DNA of 60,629 nt, taken from Gemmatimonadaceae bacterium. Lineage in GTDB: Bacteria > Gemmatimonadota > Gemmatimonadetes > Gemmatimonadales > Gemmatimonadaceae. Both the position numbers and the translations under genes were made by a program. The notes under the pieces were generated by a model. The model was not told the DNA's origin. It saw only the letters and a program-made list of their open reading frames with translations, and searched no databases. The DNA lies in NCBI GenBank assembly GCA_035701245.1, contig DASSNV010000169.1:1-60629 (forward strand), given 5' to 3'. The stretch's first letter is position 1; each line of letters opens with the position of its first letter. Shown piece by piece: positions 55,691 to 60,629 of the stretch.

Positions 55691-55759
55691 TGGCGAAGCG
55701 CTCCCTGGATGTGAGATGCGCTACGCCGGCTGGCGAAGCGCTCCCTAGATGTGAGATGC
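55691..55759. repeat. 29-bp direct repeat (period 40) touching the tRNA-Leu 3' end
   Basis: TGGCGAAGCGCTCCCT(G/A)GATGTGAGATGC at 55691-55719 and 55731-55759, one mismatch. Confidence 0.85.
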
Positions 55760-55841
55760 TCGGGGCGGGGATCGAACCCGCATGGGATCTTATCCCAAGG
55801 GATTTTAAGTCCCTCGCGTCTACCGGTTTCGCCACCCGAGC
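55757..55841 (-). tRNA. tRNA-Leu (anticodon TAA), CCA not encoded
   Basis: GCTCGGGTGGCGAAACCGGTAGACGCGAGGGACTTAAAATCCCTTGGGATAAGATCCCATGCGGGTTCGATCCCCGCCCCGAGCA; long variable arm. Confidence 0.96.
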
Positions 55842-56046
55842 GGAGAAGAAAGGACCGACTGAGCCATGGCGCGGCGCATGACAAAGCTACGGGCGTAAAA
55901 CGGCTCCAACAAGCGCGTTGGGGCCCCTCGCGCGGCGACGAATTTCAGTTGACAAAACCTTTGACGGAATGATAACGTCTCCCCCGCCAGCGACCGTCGT
56001 AACTCAGACGATCGCCTTCCAGCTTTCAACATCGTGCGGAGAATCT

Positions 56047-57732
56047 ATGCGCCGTCTTTTGGTCCGCGTTTCCACCGTAGCACTGGCTTTCATCGCGACT
56101 TTTGCCACACCCGGCAACGCTCAGCGCGTGCTCGGTGTCGCCGACGACGCCCTGGTGCTCCCGCGCGGAGTCTTTCGCATGCGCATCGTCGGTCAGTGGA
56201 CCTGGTTCAACGAACGCTACGGAATGGACACGCCCGGCCGGCCCGACGGCGCGCTCGAGCCGTTGGGAATCGATTTCACCCTCGATACGATCGGCGTGAA
56301 GCAGTTCCCGAACCTCGCCAGCCTCCAGGCTGGCCTCCAGAGCCTAACCGGCAATCCGACCTGGTACGCGACGCTCGGCAACACCGTGGTGAATCTCCGC
56401 GATCACGTAACCGCCATTCCGATTGTGCTCGAGGCAGGACTGACCAAGAAGTTCTCCGTCGGCGTGCAGATCCCCTACGTCAAGACTCAATCGTCTGCCT
56501 TTTTCAGCGTCAACACTGCCGGTACCAACGGCAACCTTGGATTCAATCCCGCGCTCGCGGTGCAGGGGGCGGCGGCGCAGAATGCTGCGCTGCTCGCGCA
56601 GTTCACGACCGCAGCCAACACCCTCGAGGGGTCGCTGGCGGCGTGCCAGGCGAATCCCGCGGCATCGCCATCGTGTCCCGCTCTCCTCGCCAATCAGGCG
56701 AGTGCCCAATCCTTGATCGCGAACTCCCGCGCATTTGCGGGCGGCGTCAACCAGATCTACTCGACCTCGCCGTTCGTACCGATCGCCGGCACCGACGCGC
56801 AGCTGGCAATCGAAGCCCGGGTCGCCGCATTCCGCGCGCTTTACAATCAGTTCGGCATCACGAGCATCGACCCGACCACCACCGGCCCCTTCGCCGCGCA
56901 GACGCGGCTGAGCCTTCGCGATGCGCAGCGGATCCTGAGTGACCCGTTGTTCGGCATTGCCGCCGCGCCGCTCGAGTCTGTCGGACGGTCGCACGTTGGC
57001 GACATCGATGTCGGCGGCAAGTTCTCTCTGTTCGACACCTTCGGCGGCAACACCGAAGCGCGGATGTCACCGCACGGCTTCAATCTTCGCACCGCCATCG
57101 GCGGGGTCTTCCGCATCCCGAGCGGCGAGATCGAATCAGCGGACAATTTCATCGACATTGGCACCGGTCGCGGCGCCAAGGCGATCGAAGGCAGATGGTT
57201 CACAGACATCCTGCTCGGCAGCCGGTTCTGGGAATCGTTCGTGCTGCGCTACAACAAGCCGTTCGCGGACCAGCAGACGATGCGCATCACCGATCTGCCG
57301 AACGAGGAGCTGGCGCCGCTCTATCGTCGCCAGACTGTCGACCGCAAGCTCGGCAGCGCATTCGAGTTCGAGACTGCGCCGCGCATTGTGGTGAACGATT
57401 TCTTCGCGGTGTCCGGGTGGTACATGTACCGCAACAAGCAGGAAGACCACTACACCGGCACCTTCACGATTCCGGCGGCGACCACCGGTTTTGCCGACCT
57501 CACCCTCGACGCCTCCACCCTCGATCAGGAGACGGCGCAGACAGAGCACCGCTTCGGCGGCGGCATCTCGTTCTCGAACCTGTACTCGTTCGAGCAGGGC
57601 AAGGCGAAGATCCCGTTCGAGGTGACCTACCTGCATTGGCAGACCACCAAGGGCGCCGGCGGCAATCAGCCGAAGTTCTTCACCGACCAGATCCAGCTTC
57701 GACTTTACGCTCGGATATTCGGGGGGAAGTAA
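56047..57732 (+). CDS. Exported hypothetical protein, possibly outer-membrane beta-barrel
   Basis: GGAG SD, Sec signal (MRRLLVRVSTVALAFIATFATPGNA-Q), amphipathic beta-strand patterns, helical insert with Cys pair; TTGACA at 55949. Confidence 0.75.
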   Translation: MRRLLVRVSTVALAFIATFATPGNAQRVLGVADDALVLPRGVFRMRIVGQWTWFNERYGMDTPGRPDGALEPLGIDFTLDTIGVKQFPNLASLQAGLQSLTGNPTWYATLGNTVVNLRDHVTAIPIVLEAGLTKKFSVGVQIPYVKTQSSAFFSVNTAGTNGNLGFNPALAVQGAAAQNAALLAQFTTAANTLEGSLAACQANPAASPSCPALLANQASAQSLIANSRAFAGGVNQIYSTSPFVPIAGTDAQLAIEARVAAFRALYNQFGITSIDPTTTGPFAAQTRLSLRDAQRILSDPLFGIAAAPLESVGRSHVGDIDVGGKFSLFDTFGGNTEARMSPHGFNLRTAIGGVFRIPSGEIESADNFIDIGTGRGAKAIEGRWFTDILLGSRFWESFVLRYNKPFADQQTMRITDLPNEELAPLYRRQTVDRKLGSAFEFETAPRIVVNDFFAVSGWYMYRNKQEDHYTGTFTIPAATTGFADLTLDASTLDQETAQTEHRFGGGISFSNLYSFEQGKAKIPFEVTYLHWQTTKGAGGNQPKFFTDQIQLRLYARIFGGK

Positions 57733-57763
57733 CTCGGCGGACGGATCGCGCGGCTTCGGCGGA

Positions 57764-57930
57764 CACCCCTAGTCAAAAAGGCGGCAGGTGGGAGACGTGG
57801 CCAGAGGCACAGGTATCAGTTTATCCTGCGCGTCTAACCCTGCGTGACGCAGCTAGAAGGCGAGCATGACAACTTTTGCCCGAGCATCTCTGCGCATCTC
57901 TCCCACCTGCCGCCTTTTTGACTAGGGGTG
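57764..57930. repeat. 167-nt element bounded by a perfect 32-bp inverted repeat (MITE-like or bidirectional terminator)
   Basis: CACCCCTAGTCAAAAAGGCGGCAGGTGGGAGA (57764-57795) and exact reverse complement (57899-57930) between convergent genes. Confidence 0.85.
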
Positions 57931-57963
57931 CCAGTCGACAGCGGTCAGGTCCCAGAATCCGGG

Positions 57964-59634
57964 TTAAGCAGTCGCGCTCTCGAGCAGTTCCTTGGCGTGC
58001 GCGCGGCTGACCTTGCTCTCCGGATCCCCGCCCAGCATCCGCGCGATTTCGTTGACCCGAGTCACACCATCGAGGACGGTGATGTCGGCGGTGGTCACGC
58101 CGCCCTTGGCACCTTTTGCCACGACGATGTGATGGTGCGCGCGAGCGGCGATCTGCGGGAGGTGTGAGATCGCGAATACCTGATGCTCCTTCGCGACGCG
58201 GCGCAGGGTGTCGCCAACCTGTAGCCCGACCCGTCCCCCGATTCCGGCATCCACTTCGTCGAAGATCAGGGTCGGCACCCGATCGACGCGCGCCAAAATG
58301 GTCTTGAGGGCCAACATGACTCGGGACAGCTCTCCACCCGACGCCACCCGTGCCAGCGGGCGGTCTTCGTGACCCACGTTGAGCGCCACTCGAAATTCGA
58401 CATCTTCGGCGCCGTCGGAGGTCGGCTCATCCCGCGAGGTGAGTGAAACGGTGAATCGGCCGTCGGGCATTCCCAGCGACGGCAGCAGAGCGTCAACAGC
58501 TTTCGCCAGCTTCTTCGCCGCGGAGAGCCGCAACTCGGTCAGCCTCTCGGCCTCACCGCCGAGACGCCGGCGCGCCTCGGCCTCGCGCGCGGTGAGATTG
58601 GCGATATCCAACCCGGCGGTGTCGACGAGATCCAGCTCCGCACGCGACGACTTTCCGGTCTCGATCACGGCATCCAGCGTCGGCCCGTACTTCTTGAGCA
58701 GACCGAACAGCCGGTCGCGACGCTGACGGACCTCCTCCAGGCGGGCGGGATCCAGATCCACCGAGCCCGCGTAATCCTCGACGCTTCGGGCGAGCTCCTG
58801 CAGTGCGTAGAAGGCCGTGTCGAACAGCTCCTGCATCCTCGCCGCGGATGAATCGATTCTCTCGATCGACGTCAGCGGACGCTGCGCTGCCCCCAGCTGG
58901 GACAGCACGCTGCCTTCCTCTCCCGACAGCAGCTCGCCGAGAGTGGTCGCCAGCGTGCGGAGCTCGTCGGCGTTCTCGAGAACCCGCGCTTCATCCTCGA
59001 GCCGTGCATCTTCGCCCGCCGTGAGACGCGCATCCTCGATCTCTTTGGCGACGTGGCGGAGATAGTCGGCGCGCTTCTCGGCGTCGGCGCGCCGCTGGTT
59101 GAGCGTTGCAATCTCACGTCGGATGCCCGTCAGCTCGGTGTGAGTCGAGCGCACCAGCGCCGCCTGAGCCTCCGCGCCTCCGAATGCGTCGAGAATCCGC
59201 CGCTGCGACTCCGGATCGAGGAGCGTCTGCGCGTCATGCTGGCCGTGGAGGTTGACGAGCTGCCGTCCGATTTCGGCGAGCACCGTCGCGGTTACGGTCG
59301 CGCCGTTGATCCACGCGCGTCCGCGGCCGTTGGTCGAGATCTCGCGCTTCAGCACGAGAGTGTCATCCTCGACTTCGATGCCGCGCTCGTCGGCGAGCGC
59401 CGCGATCCCTTTCACGCGCGACACATCGAAGACTCCTTCGACAGTCGCCTTCTCGGCACCGGTGCGAATCAGATCAGCGCTCGCCCGCTCGCCGAGCAGC
59501 AGGCCGAGCGCGCCGACAATTATCGACTTGCCGGCGCCCGTCTCGCCCGAAAGCACGTTGAACCCTTCGGCAAGCGGAAGGTTGACCTGCTCGATGATCG
59601 CGAAGTTTCGGATCCGCAGCTCTGTAAGCATCAC
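57964..59634 (-). CDS. recN: DNA repair protein RecN
   Basis: SGETGAGKS, LHGQH, ASGGELSR, LIFDEVDAGIGG, SHLPQIAA. Confidence 0.97.
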   Translation of the reverse strand: MMLTELRIRNFAIIEQVNLPLAEGFNVLSGETGAGKSIIVGALGLLLGERASADLIRTGAEKATVEGVFDVSRVKGIAALADERGIEVEDDTLVLKREISTNGRGRAWINGATVTATVLAEIGRQLVNLHGQHDAQTLLDPESQRRILDAFGGAEAQAALVRSTHTELTGIRREIATLNQRRADAEKRADYLRHVAKEIEDARLTAGEDARLEDEARVLENADELRTLATTLGELLSGEEGSVLSQLGAAQRPLTSIERIDSSAARMQELFDTAFYALQELARSVEDYAGSVDLDPARLEEVRQRRDRLFGLLKKYGPTLDAVIETGKSSRAELDLVDTAGLDIANLTAREAEARRRLGGEAERLTELRLSAAKKLAKAVDALLPSLGMPDGRFTVSLTSRDEPTSDGAEDVEFRVALNVGHEDRPLARVASGGELSRVMLALKTILARVDRVPTLIFDEVDAGIGGRVGLQVGDTLRRVAKEHQVFAISHLPQIAARAHHHIVVAKGAKGGVTTADITVLDGVTRVNEIARMLGGDPESKVSRAHAKELLESATA

Positions 59635-59640
59635 TGACCG

Positions 59641-60498
59641 CTAGTCGTCGTCGGGGAGGCCGCCCCAGCCAAGCTTCACTCGCATGCGCTCGAAGAACGT
59701 CGCACCGGGGAAGCGGACGATGCGCACCGGATTGTCTGCCTTGCTCACCTTGAGCTTCTCGCCCTTCACGAAACTCGTACCGACTTGCCCGTCGACCGTA
59801 ACCAGAAGTTCGGTGGGAGTCTCGTTTGCTTCCACCGTCACCTCGGCGTCGGCCGGTATCACCAGCGATCTGATCGCGAGGGTGTGCGGCGAGATCGGCG
59901 TCATGATGATCGATTCGACCGTGGGGACAACAACCGGTCCGCCAGCAGAGAGACTGTAGGCAGTCGATCCCGTCGGCGTGGAGATGACCACCCCGTCCGC
60001 GGCGTAGGTGCCAATGCTCTCGCCGTCCACAAAGACGTTCAGCCTGACGACTCTCGCGAATCCGCCCTTGTGGAGCACGAAGTCGTTGAGCGCGCGCCAT
60101 TGTTTGCGGGTCGCGCCTTCGGAGTCGATCGCGCGCGCACTGAGCGCCATGCGCGGTTGCGCAACGTAATCGCCGCTTGCGAGGTTCTTGAGCGCCGGCT
60201 CGAAGTCCTCGCTCTGACAGCTGGTCAGAAAACCGAGTCGCCCGAGATTGACACCCAGTATCGGGATGTTCCGGCCGTCGATCAGCCGCGCACCGCGCAG
60301 CAGCGTTCCATCCCCGCCAAGCGTTACGAGCGCGTCTAACTGGCCTGGATCCTCGAGGCGCGCGCCCTTGCCGGCCACTTCGTGCAGCCCTTGCTCGAGC
60401 AGTGGCTCGATATTGAGTGCCGGTGCAACGCTGAACAGGGTGCGGAGGATGTCTGAAAGCTCCTCATATCCCTGGTGGCCGATGACGCCAAGACGCAT
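59641..60498 (-). CDS. nadK: NAD(+) kinase
   Basis: LGGDGTLL, GVNLGRLGFL, ALND, ADGVVISTPTGSTAYSLSAGGP. Confidence 0.96.
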   Translation of the reverse strand: MRLGVIGHQGYEELSDILRTLFSVAPALNIEPLLEQGLHEVAGKGARLEDPGQLDALVTLGGDGTLLRGARLIDGRNIPILGVNLGRLGFLTSCQSEDFEPALKNLASGDYVAQPRMALSARAIDSEGATRKQWRALNDFVLHKGGFARVVRLNVFVDGESIGTYAADGVVISTPTGSTAYSLSAGGPVVVPTVESIIMTPISPHTLAIRSLVIPADAEVTVEANETPTELLVTVDGQVGTSFVKGEKLKVSKADNPVRIVRFPGATFFERMRVKLGWGGLPDDD

Positions 60499-60629
60499 CA
60501 AACGGCGCGGAGATGGGCGCCCCGCGAGCTCTCCAGACTGAACGCCTCGCTCGCGCGTCGGGCGATGCCGGGGGCGTCGAGCCCGAGCAATGCCAGCTGC
60601 TTCGCTCGCGGCCCCTGATCCACGAAGTC
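60498..60629 (-). CDS. dxs: C-terminal fragment of 1-deoxy-D-xylulose-5-phosphate synthase (truncated by window edge)
   Basis: DFVDQGPRAKQLALLGLDAPGIA...stop at 60498 resembles the Dxs C-terminus; dxs-nadK-recN order is common. Confidence 0.75.
   Translation of the reverse strand, partial: DFVDQGPRAKQLALLGLDAPGIARRASEAFSLESSRGAHLRAV

Noticed and set aside
55590-55884. Short ORFs over the tRNA-Leu and repeat regions (also 24782..24950 and 38988..39224)
   Set aside because: They overlap tRNA or palindromic non-coding elements and have no protein-like features.

Overview
High-GC core chromosomal window with no prophage, IS transposase or CRISPR array. Gene content and order suggest a Gemmatimonadota-like bacterium (inference). 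Most genes lie on the minus strand. Left to right: tRNA-Val(TAC); rfbB; an 11.6 kb receptor-less chemosensory cluster (cheW-cheY-cheA-cheC ... cheR-cheB) that encloses an MglA/MglB small-GTPase module, two extra roadblock proteins, two DUF4388 proteins (one with a MshEN-like motif pair) and a large TPR protein, all in an almost gap-free 19 kb run starting at yggS-divIVA-ileS-dksA-lspA-rluD; rplM-rpsI-rpsB-tsf-pyrH-frr-cdsA-dxr-rseP (no uppS); an acyl-CoA carboxylase operon with an inserted rlmD-like gene; HNH nuclease facing type IB topoisomerase; signalling genes; rpsA-cmk-aroA and lysine/DAP genes; a DdrA/Rad52-like repair operon; tRNA-Leu(TAA); recN-NAD kinase-dxs (partial). Non-coding highlights: three copies of a ~195-245 nt two-armed palindromic (REPIN-like) repeat, a separate 32-bp perfect inverted-repeat element, several apparently leaderless promoters and two probable CTG starts. 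IleRS carries the non-canonical GIHH signature linked to mupirocin hyper-resistance. All calls come from reading motifs by eye; no database searches were run.
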